This document shows, piece by piece, positions 51,262 through 63,431 of a DNA stretch of 64,000 nucleotides. The notes below the pieces were generated by a model. The model was not told the DNA's origin. It ran no database searches and saw only the letters and a list, made by a program, of their open reading frames with translations. The first letter of the stretch is position 1. Each line of letters starts with the position of its first letter. This stretch comes from Haliotis cracherodii (lineage: Eukaryota). Location: positions 992,001-1,056,000 of the forward strand of contig NW_027266275.1 of the NCBI RefSeq assembly GCF_022045235.1, given 5' to 3'. Position numbers and translations under genes: made by a program.

Positions 51262-51778
51262 TGTACACATCTGTCTGTACCTGTACACACTGTCTGTACC
51301 TGTACACGCTGTCTGTACCTGTACACATCTGTCTGTACCTGTACAAGCTGTCTGTACCTGTACACGCTGTCTGTACCTGTACAAGCTGTCTGTACCTGTA
51401 CACGCTGTCTGTACCTGTACACGCTGTCTATACCTGTACACGCTGTCTGTACCTGTACACGCTGTCTATACCTGTACACGCTGTCTGTACCTGTACACGC
51501 TGTCTGTACCTGTACACGCTGTCTGTACCTGTACACGCTGTCTGTACCTGTACACGCTGTCTGTACCTGTACACGCTGTATGTACCAGTACACGCTGTCT
51601 GTACCTGTACACGCTGTCTGTACCTGTACACATCTGTCTGTACCTGTACACATCTGTCTGTACCTGTACACGCTGTATGTACCTGTACACGCTGTCTGTA
51701 CCTGTACACGCTGTCTATACCTGTACACGCTGTATGTACCTGTACACGCTGTCTGTACCTGTACACGCTGTCTGTATG
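51262..51778. repeat. 19/20-bp minisatellite
   Basis: CTGTCTGTACCTGTACACG. Confidence 0.93.
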
Positions 51779-52134
51779 TGTCGGTGTCCCTTCTTTCTCC
51801 ACTGCCCCAAGTGCCTCTCTACTATGTGAATTGGTTGTCGTAAATAGCATTTCTTCCAACAGCAAAATTAGGAAAGTAATGTGATTTGTGTTTGAACAAT
51901 AGCCCACGTCCCATTGACATGTGGTTGGTAGGTTTATCAGGGGAGTAGAAATTCTGTAGATAGCACAACTTGCTTACGATACGCGGTTTTGGAAAATACT
52001 CGAAGAACTTCCCCACTGACATATCTACGTCAACCAATTCTTGCTCTGAAGTGCCCTCTGTGTATTAAGTGAAAAGTATATGTATGTAGTCGACTGCCCT
52101 TCTGTTCACTGTTAGCTGTATCAGGGTCGCAATG

Positions 52135-54180
52135 TGCGGTCAACTCCTATGGTCAGTGTGAGTCACAGCCTGACATGTCACAATATTCAGTCAGCTCTAG
52201 TGGTCAACTCAAGTCACTTGTCATGATGTCAGGTCAACTCCTGTGGTCAACTCGAGTAACATGTCATGATGTCCGGTCAGCTCTTATCGTCAACTGGAGT
52301 CACATGTCATGATGTCAGGTCAACTCCTGGGGTCAACTCGAGTAACATGTCATGATGTCAGGTCAGCTCCTGTGGTCAACTAGAGTCCCATGTCATGATG
52401 TCAGGTCAACTCCTGTGGTCAACTCGAGTAACATGTCATGATGTCCGGTCAGCTCCTATTGTCAACTGGAGTCACATGTCATGATGTCCGGTCAGCTCCT
52501 GTGGTCAACTGGAATCATATGTCATGATGTCTGGTCAGCTCCTATGGTCAACTGGAATCACATGTCATGATGTCAGGTCAACTCCTGTGGTCAACTGAAA
52601 TCACATGTCATGATGTCTGGTCAGCTCCTGTGGTCAACTGGAGTCACATGTCACAATGTCCAGTCAACTCCTGTGGTCAACTTGAGTAACATGTCAGTAT
52701 GTCAGGTCAGCTCCTGTGGTCAACTGTAGTCACATGTCATGATGTCAGGTCAGCTCCTGGGGTCAACTTGAGTCACATGTCAGTATGTCCAGTCAGCTCC
52801 TGGGGTCAACTCCAGTCACATGTCATGATGTCATTTCAGCTCCTGTGGTCAACTGGAGTCACATGTCATGATGTCTGGTCAGCTCAGGTGGTCAACTGGA
52901 ATCACATGTCATGATGTCAGGTCAGCTCCTGTGGTCAACTGGAATCACATGTCATGATGTCAGGTCAGCTCCTGTGGTCAACTCGAGTAACATGTCATGA
53001 TGTCCGGTCAGCTCCTGTGGTGAACTGGAGTCACATGTCACAATGTTCGGTCAGCTCCTGTGGTCAACTGAAATCACATGTCATGATGTCTGGTCAGCTC
53101 CTGTGGTTAACTGGAATCACATGTCATGATGTCCGGTCAGCTCCTGGTGTCAACTCGAGTCACATGTCATGATGTCCGGTCAGCTCCTGTGGACAACTCG
53201 AGTCACATGTCATGATGTCAGGTCAGCTCCTGTGGTCAACTGGAGTCACATGTCATGATCTCTGGTCAGCTCCTGTGGTGAACTGGAATCACATGTCATG
53301 ATGTCATTTCAGCTCCTGTGGTCAACTGGAGTCACATGTCATGATGTCTGGTCAGCTCAGGTGGTCAACTGGAATCACATGTCATGATGTCAGGTCAGCT
53401 CCTGTGGTCAACTGGAATCACATGTCATGATGTCAGGTCAGCTCCTGTGGTCAACTCGAGTAACATGTCATGATGTCCGGTCAGCTCCTGTGGTGAACTG
53501 GAGTCACATGTCACAATGTTCGGTCAGCTCCTGTGGTCAACTGAAATCACATGTCATGATGTCTGGTCAGCTCCTGTGGTTAACTGGAATCACATGTCAT
53601 GATGTCCGGTCAGCTCCTGGTGTCAACTCGAGTCACATGTCATGATGTCCGGTCAGCTCCTGTGGACAACTCGAGTCACATGTCATGATGTCAGGTCAGC
53701 TCCTGTGGTCAACTGGAGTCACATGTCATGATCTCTGGTCAGCTCCTGTGGTGAACTGAAATCACATGTCATGATGTCCGGTCAGCTCCTGGGGTCAACT
53801 CGAGTCACATGTCATGATATCAGGTCAGCTCCTGTGGTCAACTGGAGTCACATGTCATGATGTCCGGTCAGCTCCTGTGGTCAACTGGAATCACATGTCA
53901 TGATGTCTGGTCAGCTCCTGTGGTTAACTGGAATCACATGTCATGATGTCCGGTCAGCTCCTGTGGTCAACTTGAGTCACATGTCATGATGTCCGGTCAG
54001 CTCCTGTGGACAACTCGAGTCACATGTCATGATATCAGGTCAGCTCCTGTGGTCAACTGGAGTCACATGTCATGATCTCTGGTCAGCTCCTGTGGTGAAC
54101 TGGAATCACATGTCATGATGTTCGGTCAACTCCTGTGGTCAACTCGGGTCACATGTCATGATCTCTGGTCAGCTCCTGTG
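52135..54180. repeat. 43-bp minisatellite, ~47 copies
   Basis: GTCAGCTCCTGTGGTCAACTGGAGTCACATGTCATGATGTCCG. Confidence 0.95.
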
Positions 54181-55205
54181 GCTGGTGCTCAGTGGACATT
54201 TTGTTCAGCTGTGGCTGGTGTTCACTTGACATGGTGTTCAGCTGTGGCTGGTGTTCAGTGGACATGGTGTTCAGCTGTGGCTGGTGCTCACTGGACATGG
54301 TGTTCAGCTGTGGCTGGTGTTCACTGGACATGGTGTTCTACTGTGGCTGGTGTTCAGTGGACATGGTGTTCAGCTGTGGCTTGTGTTCAGTGGACATGGT
54401 GTTCAGCTGTGGCTGGTTTTTAGTGGACATGGTGTTCAGCTGTGGCTGGTGCTCACTGGACATGGTGTTCAGCTGTGGCTGGTGTTCACTTGACATGGTG
54501 TTCTACTGTGGCTGGTGTTCAGTGGACATGGTGTTCAGCTGTGGCTGGTGCTCAGTGGACATTGTGTTCAGCTGTGGCTGGTGTTCACTTGACATGGTGT
54601 TCTACTGTGGCTGGTGTTCAGTGGACATGGTGTTCAGCTGTGGCTGGTGTTCACTTGACATGGTGTTCAGCTGTGGCTGGTGTTCACTGGACATGGTGTT
54701 CTACTGTGGCTGGTGTTCACTTGACATGGTGTTCTACTGTGGCTTTCTACTGTGGCTGGTGTTCAGTGGACATGGTGTTCAGCTGTGGCTGGTGCTCAGT
54801 GGACATTGTGTTCAGCTGTGGCTGGTGTTCACTTGACATGGTGTTCTACTGTGGCTGGTGTTCAGTGGACATGGTGTTCAGCTGTGGCTGGTGCTCAGTG
54901 GACATTGTGTTCAGCTGTGGCTGGTGTTCACTTGACATGGTGTTCTACTGTGGCTGGTGTTCAGTGGACATGGTGTTCAGCTGTGGCTGGTGTTCACTTG
55001 ACATGGTGTTCTACTGTGGCTGGTGTTCACTGGACATGGTGTTCTACTGTGGCTGGTGTTCAGTGGACATGGTGTTCTACTGTGGCTGGTGTTCAGTGGA
55101 CATGGTGTTCAGCTGTGGCTGGTGTTCACTTGACATGGTGTTCAGCTGTGGCTGGTGTTCACTGGACATGGTGTTCAGCTGTGGCTGGTGTTCACTGGAC
55201 ATGGT
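54178..55205. repeat. 33-bp minisatellite, ~31 copies
   Basis: CTGTGGCTGGTGTTCAGTGGACATGGTGTTCAG. Confidence 0.95.
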
Positions 55206-56664
55206 TCACAAGTCATGTTAGCTTCAAGTGTTCAGTAATACTCAAAGAATGGTAGTTTTAATTCATAGCAATTGTTTTAGCCATGATTACTTTTTGATCT
55301 GAAAATTATTATGATATATATATGTTTCGTTTCAATGGGTATTCCTGCCAGCTTTGTGAATATTAGAATTTAGGAACATTTCAGTGAAGAAGCTGTGATA
55401 AATGTAACACAATGTTTTGATCTTGTTTTATGCTTGTCTATGTCTGTAATGAGGGAGAAATCTTTGCTCTTGTCTGTCTTTATATTGACAGGGAAGCCAT
55501 TCGCAGACTGTTTTATATTTCAGCATTTTACAAATCACTTGGGTTTCACAATGTCTTTCATGTCGCCCATTTGCTGGATTTAGTCAAGGGTCAGAGGTCA
55601 ATATGTTTACTTCTGTTTCAGCGTTTGATGTTTAACAGAAGTATTTGTTGGTTCTGAAATCTTCAGGTTTAGCATAAGTTTCAACTTATTGTCATCGAAG
55701 AGCAATCTATTAATAAAAAACTTGCTAATTATTTTAATGTTATTAGAATCATTTACCATTTGTATTTCTAGCTTGAACTGAGCAGAACAATCAAGCTATG
55801 TCATCTTGCAACGGTCAGGAACAAATCAGTGGAATATCACAGATGAGACATTTCTGTGGATCCGCCAAATTCCAAGGGTTTCATTACATCAAGGGTCACT
55901 TTTGTGATGCATGCCATTACGAAATACGCATATATCATATCGTTCTCAAGATCCCTGGCTGACTTTCAGTGATCTGTATAAAATCCTTCTCATCACTGTT
56001 GTATTGTATGTGGGTGTCACGGTGTCCGTCAGGTGACATTGAAAACAAGTTTGACACTTGACTGTGCTTGTATATGCAAGAGGAGAAGGCAAGGTTTTCC
56101 AGCATATACCGTTCCATGTGGGGATATCCACTTCAAGATAGGACCATCTAGTTAGGTGAACACTTTACATAGGTGATCTAGTTAGGTGGACACTCTACAT
56201 AGATCTAGTTAGGAGAGATACAGAAATCAGATATGCTGCTCCAAATGATTCGCTCATTCGTATCGACAACATAGGATCATCTCTGCAGATTGTCTGATTA
56301 GACATTTCATCTCACGCGACTTCCAGGGGAGAGTTTGTTAGAGTCCGGAAGTCGGAGTAAAGGATCTGATGTTAATGAGATTGCCTGTTGTGAATGTTTT
56401 GGGGAAGGAAAAGTTGTTTACTTGTGTAGTGAAACTATGATTTCATTATATAACTGTTTTTGGCAAAAAAATACAGCCCATCACCATGGGGTACAGGGAT
56501 GAATAAAGACTTGATGGTTTCATGTGCAGTGTAGGATGGAAGCGTTAGGAAGAGATAGGTATTGAATGTGAAGGTCACCATCAGACAATGTATTCTTTTA
56601 CAAAGTTTAATTCTTCAACCTAACTCACCTCATACTGAACAATTGATCAGCAGAATGCAGTGTT

Positions 56665-57110
56665 TCTGTATGGGAATCTGGCTTCTGAATGGGAATCTGG
56701 CTTCTGTATGGAAATCTGGCTTGTGTATGGGAATATGGCTTCTGTATGGAATCTGGCTTCTGTATGGAAATCTGGCTTGTGTATGGGAATCTGGCTTCCG
56801 TGTGGGAATCTGAGAATCTGGCTTCTGTGTTGGAATCTAGCTTCTGTGTGGTAATCTGATTATCTGGCTGCTGTATGAGAATCTGGATTCTGTATGGGAA
56901 TCTTGGAATCTGGCTTCTGTATAGAATCTGGATTCTGTGTGGAAATCTGGCATCTGTGTGGGATCTGGATTTTGTGTGGGAATCTGGCTTCTGTGTTGGA
57001 ATCTAGCTTCTGTGTTGGGATCTGGGATTTGGCTGCTGTATGGGAATAGGGGAATCTGGCTGCTGTATGGGAATAGGGAGGAATCTGACTTCTGTGTGGG
57101 AGTTGGGTTC
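56665..57110. repeat. ~19-bp degenerate minisatellite
   Basis: CTGTATGGGAATCTGGCTT. Confidence 0.85.
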
Positions 57111-57669
57111 TGTTCAAGGGACTACCCTGTGACATCATGTATCTGTCACATTCTGTCAGTGATGCCTCTGAGGTCACCTCTCTGTCTCAACAATTCATAG
57201 AACATACAACTTAACGTGTCTTGTATCATACTTCAGTCCCTTCGCCCGACTCTGTTGTGTGACGTGGCTCCACTGTTTGTCTGACTGCTAGTACATACAC
57301 TGCGGGGGTGGATGTTCTGAGGATTAATTGTTTTTCATAGTGCTTCTGGACTCCCTTGTTTCTTTATTTAAACTGAATGAGTATGAAAGGAGTTGCCATT
57401 GCAGATGGGTTTACAGTACTCATTAATGTAATGAATTTAAGATCATCTATGTCAGTGATCTATTGTGTTTTTATCTGCAGATCGTACAGTAGAGGAAAGC
57501 AGTTGTAATGTGGGCATCCATTATGCAGAAATTATGCACTAAAGTTCATGTGGATGTGCTCGTTTACCCTGGAGTAGTTGTGTATTCCTGAGACAAAGCA
57601 TGCCCTGTTATATCAGCCCTAGGTTGCCCTTTGCTGTTCATTCATGCTGAATGTTTTATCACTTCTTGG

Positions 57670-58925
57670 ATGCCCTCTGATGATCTATCTCCCTAGGTTG
57701 CCCTCTGATGTTCTATCTCCCCTAGGTTGCCCTCTGATGTTCTATCTCCCAAGGTTGCCCTATGATGTTCTGTCACCCCTGGGTTGCCCTCGGATGTTCT
57801 ATCTCCCCTAGGTTGCCCTATGATGTTCTGTCTCCCCTAGGTTGCCCTCTGATGTTCTATCACCCCTAGGTTGCCCTCTGGTGTTCTAGAACCTCTAGGT
57901 TGCTCTCTGATGTTCTATCACACCTAGGTTGCCCTCTGATATTCTATCACCCCTAGGTTGCCCTCTGATGTTCTGTCTCCCCTAGGTTGCCCTCTGATGT
58001 TCTGTCACCCCTAAGTTGCCCACTGATGTTCTTTCACCTCTGGGTTGCCCTCTGATGTTCTATCACCCTAGGTTGCCCTCTGATCTGTCACCCCTGGGTT
58101 GCCCTCTGATGTTCTATCTCCCCTAGGCTGCCCTCTGATGTTCTGTCTCCACTGGGTTGTCCGCTGATGTTCTATCACCCTAGGTTGCCCTCTTATGTTC
58201 TGTGACCCCTAGGGCGCCCTCTGATGTTTTGTCTCCCCTGGGCTGCCCTCTGATGTTCTATCACCCTAGGTTGCCCTCTGATGTTCTATCACCCTAGGTT
58301 GCTCTCTGATGTTCTGTCACCCCTAATTTGCCCTCTGATGTTCTGTCTCCCCTAGGTTGCCCTCTGATGTTCTATCACCCTAGGTTGCCCTCTGATGTTC
58401 TATCTCCGAAAGGTTGTTCTCTGGTGTTCTAGAACCTCTAGGCTGCTCTCTGATGTTCTAGAACCTCTAGGTTGCTCTCTGATGTTCTAGAACCTATAGG
58501 TTGCTCTCTGATGTTCTAGAACCTATAGGTTGCTCTCTGATGTTCCGTCTCCCCTAGTTTGCCCTCTGATGTTCTAGAACCCCTAAGTTGTCCTATGGTG
58601 TTCTGGCACCCTTAGGTTGCCCTATGGTGTTCTATCACCCATAGACAAAGATCCGGGTTAGAATAGGTCTTCACCAACCCATGCATGTCGTAAGAGGCAT
58701 TTAACAGGATCGAGTGGTCAGGCTTCCTGGCTTGGTTGATGCATGGCATCATATCCAAATTGCATAGATTGATGCTCATGATGTCAATCACTGGATTGTC
58801 GGGTCGATTATTGACACACTGCCATCATATAGCTGTAATATTGCTGAGTGTGGCATTGAACAATGAAACAACAAACGAACAAACAAACTACCACCCCTAG
58901 GTTGCCCTCTGGTGTTCTATGACCT
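57670..58925. repeat. 29-bp minisatellite, SINE in last unit
   Basis: CCCTAGGTTGCCCTCTGATGTTCTATCAC. Confidence 0.92.
58644..58887 (+). mobile_element. ~265-bp SINE-like retroposon family copy
   Basis: family homology, AAAC tail, TSD-like ctatcaccc/ctaccaccc in last unit of 29-bp array. Confidence 0.82.
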
Positions 58926-59176
58926 CTGGGAAGCCCAATGACGTTTTGTGACCCAAGGTTGCTATTTACTGATGCCGTTTATTGACATTCTCCCCCGCCT
59001 GTAGCTCTCCCTCTCTCAATGGCCTCGTGGCATCACAACTTTGACATGGTGTCTATATTTGTCTTCTATCATGTCAAGACTTGAGATATAAATTTTGTAT
59101 TCATATTTTTATTACACAAAATTCGAATAAAATATGCATTTGTTTTATGTGTTAGTCTGTCTTTTCTGTCTCTCCA

Positions 59177-59238
59177 GACCTGATGTTGCAGGAATATTGT
59201 AAAAGTGCCGTCAAACAACACTCACTCACACACTCACT
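59177..59238 (+). mobile_element. SINE 3' fragment with (ACTC) tail
   Basis: GGAATATTG.AAAAGTG.CGT.AAAC + CACTCACTC tail. Confidence 0.5.
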
Positions 59239-59574
59239 GTTTTCTGGAGAATCCACCGGCATTGTTTGCAGCAGACAGATCTTTTTAGCCTAAGCTGCAT
59301 CCACAAGACATTTGACATTCCAATTTCCTTTTATGAGCATTTTATTCAAACGAAAGGAAAACAGACATATTTCCACTTTGATTCCCTGCATGTGCTTCTG
59401 TCGCCTGGCAGAGCCACAAAAACAGGGGGACCGTTGTCACCTGGCTTGACCAAACGACAGAAGCGCAAAAACAGGGTGACTGCTATCACCTGTCTGGAGG
59501 AAACGGTTGAGGCAAATACTACCGACTTGTGTGTGTACCACGTGATCAAAACACAATGTTGATTCCCTTGGGCA

Positions 59575-59760
59575 AGCCAGAAACCTATGATTGTAGGTTC
59601 GAATCTCGGTTCGCCCCGATTATGTTTCTAGGTTTGTCAGGACAATACCCATGCTCGTGGGTTTCACCGAAGTGACCTGTATCACTTCGGGCTTTCCTCC
59701 CACATTAAGCTGACGTGGCATGATATAACTTATTATGAGATAATGCTTATCTGCTATGTT
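59575..59760 (+). mobile_element. degenerate tRNA-derived SINE with V-domain-like core
   Basis: B-box-like GGTTCGAATC followed by GGGTTTC...TTTCCTCCCA...CATGATATAACT. Confidence 0.45.
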
Positions 59761-59819
59761 GTTAGTTCTATCCTATTTTTATCTGCGTGATAAACACCAA
59801 TACCCTATATGCCCAGTTT

Positions 59820-60010
59820 TATCTGTGTGATAACACCGGCACCCAACCTCCCCTGTTCTATCTGCGTGATAGCACCGGCACCCAACCTCTCCTGTTTTAT
59901 GTGTGATAACACCGGCACCCAACCTCCCCTGTTTTATGTGTGTGATAACACCGGCACCCAACCTCCCCTGTTCTATCTGTGTGATAACACCGGCACCCAA
60001 CCTCCCCTGT
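59820..60010. repeat. 39-bp minisatellite, ~5 copies
   Basis: TGTGTGATAACACCGGCACCCAACCTCCCCTGTTCTATC. Confidence 0.88.
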
Positions 60011-60469
60011 TTAGCCTGTAGTGATTTTGTGAAATTGATCCAAAGCGTACTCCGAGGTATAAGCCCCAAGTCACACAGCGGCAACGCTCGGCTTAGGGAA
60101 CTTGCACCAGGTGCATGTTGACAAGAAAAGCTGGTTGCACCAGACAAAACAAGGTTGCACCTGGTCCCATACATCCATCAAAGTTAAAATCAAAGTCTAA
60201 ATAATTATAATCTCAGATATCTGCTGTCAGTGTCGTGACTTACACGTAACTAGGGATGAGTGATGTAGATTGGTAAGTAGAGGTGTTGAGTGTGTTCAAA
60301 GATCGATGTTGTGTGGACAAGTGCGGGTTAGTCAGATAAGAATTTGAATATTTTTATATGCATTTGGTGCATGTAGACAAAAATATTGGATCACATTTTT
60401 CAATAATAGGTTGTACTGGTGCATGTTCTATATGACTATCGAGCCCTGCAACGCCATACACAAACTGGA

Positions 60470-61760
60470 ATAACCCGCTCATGTAACGTGTGACCTGCCC
60501 TAACCCGCACAGACCTGTATGTATGGCGAGGACAAGTAACCAGCTCATGTAACGTGTGACCTGCCCTAACCCGCACAGACCTGTATGTATGGCGAGGACA
60601 GGTAACCCGCTCATGTAACATGTGTGACCTGCCCTAACCCGCACAGACCTGTATGTATGGCGAGGACATGTAATCCGCTCATGTAACATGTGTGACCTGC
60701 CCTAACCCGCACAGACCTGTATGTATGGCGAGGACAAGTAACCCGCTCATGTAACGTGTGTGACCTGCCCTAACCCGCACAGACCTGTATGTATGGCGAG
60801 GACAGGTAATCCGCTCATGTAACATGTGTGACCTGCCCTAACCCGCACAGACCTGTATGTATGGCGAGGACAAGTAACCAGCTCATGTAACGTGTGTGAC
60901 CTGCCCTAACCCGCACAGACCTGTATGTATGGCGAGGACAGGTAATCCGCTCATGTAACATGTGTGACCTGCCCTAACCCGCACAGACCTGTATGTATGG
61001 CGAGGACAAGTAACCAGCTCATGTAACGTGTGTGACCTGCCCTAACCCGCACAGACCTGTATGTATGGCGAGGACAGGTAATCCGCTCATGTAACATGTG
61101 TGAACTGCCCTAACCCGCACAGACCTGTATGTATGGCGAGGTCAAGTAACCAGCTCATGTAACGTGTGTGACCTGCCCTAACCCGCACAGACCTGTATGT
61201 ATGGCAAGGACAGGTAATCCGCTCATGTAACATGTGTGACCTGCCCTAACCCGCACAGACCTGTATGTATGGCGAGGACAGGTAACCCGCTCATGTAACA
61301 TGTGACCTGCCTTAACCCGCACAGACCTGTATGTATGGCAAGGACAGGTAATCCGCTCATGTAACATGTGTGACCTGCCCTAACCCGCACAGACCTGTAT
61401 GTATGGCGAGGACAGGTAACCCGCTCATGTAACATGTGACCTGCCTTAACCCGCACAGACCTGTATGTATGGCGAGGACAGGTAACCAGCTCATGTAACA
61501 TGTGTGACCTGCCCTAACCCGCACAGACCTGTATGTATGGCGAGGACAGGTAACCCGCTCATGTAACATGTGACCTGCCTTAACCCGCACAGACCTGTAT
61601 GTATGGCGAGGACAAGTAACCAGCTCATGTAACATGTGTGACCTGCCCTAATCCACACAGACCTGTATGTATGGCGAGGACAGGTAATCCGCTCATGTAA
61701 CATGTGTGACATGCCCTAACCCGCACAGACCTGTATGTATGGCGAGGACAAGTAATCCGC
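60470..61760. repeat. 66/68-bp minisatellite, ~19 copies
   Basis: GACCTGCCCTAACCCGCACAGACCTGTATGTATGGCGAGGACAGGTAATCCGCTCATGTAACATGTGT. Confidence 0.95.
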
Positions 61761-62061
61761 GAACAGCCTGGTCATTAAAGACACATTCAATTGAGATAAA
61801 TACCCCTGATCCAGTCCCTACTATCGTCTCGGCTTGGGGTGATTCCCCCACTGGGGGGTGGCAGCACACGCTGTCCTCTCATAGCTACAATGCAGATCAA
61901 GGGTCACGTGTACAACATGTCAAGAGTCATGTATACAGCTTTTTCGTTGTAACACCAGCAGACCGGTCACAAACAACAGTTCTCCGCTCACAAGTGTCTT
62001 TGTACCAGCCAGGTGCCATCGCTGGAGTGTGACGTCAGGGTGAGTTCCGCAGAATGTGTCA

Positions 62062-62327
62062 TTTGTTTGTTTGTTTGTTTGTTTGTTTGTTTGTTTGTTG
62101 TTTAAGGCCACACTCAGCAATATTCCAGCTCTACGACGTCGGTCTGTAAAAAAATTGAGTCTGGACCAGACAATCCAGTGACTGATATCATAAGCATCGA
62201 TCTACGCAATTGGGACACGATGACATGCATCAACCAAGTCAGTGGGCCTGACATCCTATCCCGTTAGTCGCCTCTTACGACAAGCATGGGTTGCTGAAGA
62301 GCAATTCTAGCCCGGACTTTCATGGGT
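62062..62327 (-). mobile_element. ~265-bp SINE-like retroposon, apparently complete copy
   Basis: long (TTTG)n tail on + strand, 14-bp TSD cgcagaatgtgtca/cgcagaatgtgcca. Confidence 0.88.
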
Positions 62328-63036
62328 CGCAGAATGTGCCAATAATGATGACTTTTAGAGTTGGTCTTGAGTTTCATACTTTACAATGTTTTGAAACGTT
62401 AATGTGCACTGGTGTTCAGCGGCCGGTGTTCCTGGTGTTCGCGTTCTGGAGGTCGGTGTTGTCTTCAGGCCACGCCAGGAACGTCAGGAATCCGTAGTAC
62501 ACAATCCCGCGGATGGGTCTTCATATACCGTTAAGTACTTGCAGTCAGCCAATCTAACACAGACCATTTCTAAATCATTATGTCATCGCGATATTTATCC
62601 AGTTTTGAATAGTTAAGTTTTCCAAAGATCTCAGCGTTACAAATGTTGCCTATGGTAATGTGTTGGAGTTAGACTGGCCCCGAGGCCGTTTCACGCAAGT
62701 GGGTCTGCAGCTGTCTAAATCACCTTCAGGTGGCTATTTTCTATAATCCCATGACTGTGACATGCAACAATCTAGGCAGTCAGCGCACCAACCTCTCAGT
62801 GGGTAGAGCCAGGCACACAGCCCGCTGGGACCCTGGGGTATTACCGAGCAGCATCAGCATAAGCACCTCAACATTTGTCGTATTCTCTTTTGTTATTGAC
62901 AAAATATATGTTTAATCCACCTTGGACTTTAGAATGGGTAGTATTAAAGTAGTAGCATGTAGAATGAAACTTGTTGAGTTCCATTATTGACAAGGAAATC
63001 GATGCTGCTTTTAAAGACAACGCTTTGATGCTCGTG

Positions 63037-63431
63037 NNNNNNNNNNNNNNNNNNNNNNNNNNNNNNNNNNNNNNNNNNNNNNNNNNNNNNNNNNNNNNNN
63101 NNNNNNNNNNNNNNNNNNNNNNNNNNNNNNNNNNNNNNNNNNNNNNNNNNNNNNNNNNNNNNNNNNNNNNNNNNNNNNNNNNNNNNNNNNNNNNNNNNNN
63201 NNNNNNNNNNNNNNNNNNNNNNNNNNNNNNNNNNNNNNNNNNNNNNNNNNNNNNNNNNNNNNNNNNNNNNNNNNNNNNNNNNNNNNNNNNNNNNNNNNNN
63301 NNNNNNNNNNNNNNNNNNNNNNNNNNNNNNNNNNNNNNNNNNNNNNNNNNNNNNNNNNNNNNNNNNNNNNNNNNNNNNNNNNNNNNNNNNNNNNNNNNNN
63401 NNNNNNNNNNNNNNNNNNNNNNNNNNNNNNN
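63037..63431. other. assembly gap (N run)
   Basis: Ns. Confidence 1.

Noticed and set aside
54115-55255. Cys/Trp-rich ORFs (also 51234-51907, 7596-8234, 29932-30549, 33426-34537)
   Set aside because: Artefacts of stop-free tandem repeats.
60470-61760. Telomeric repeat (CCCTAACCC in each unit)
   Set aside because: Only 1.5 hexamers per 68-bp unit; not a (TTAGGG)n tract.
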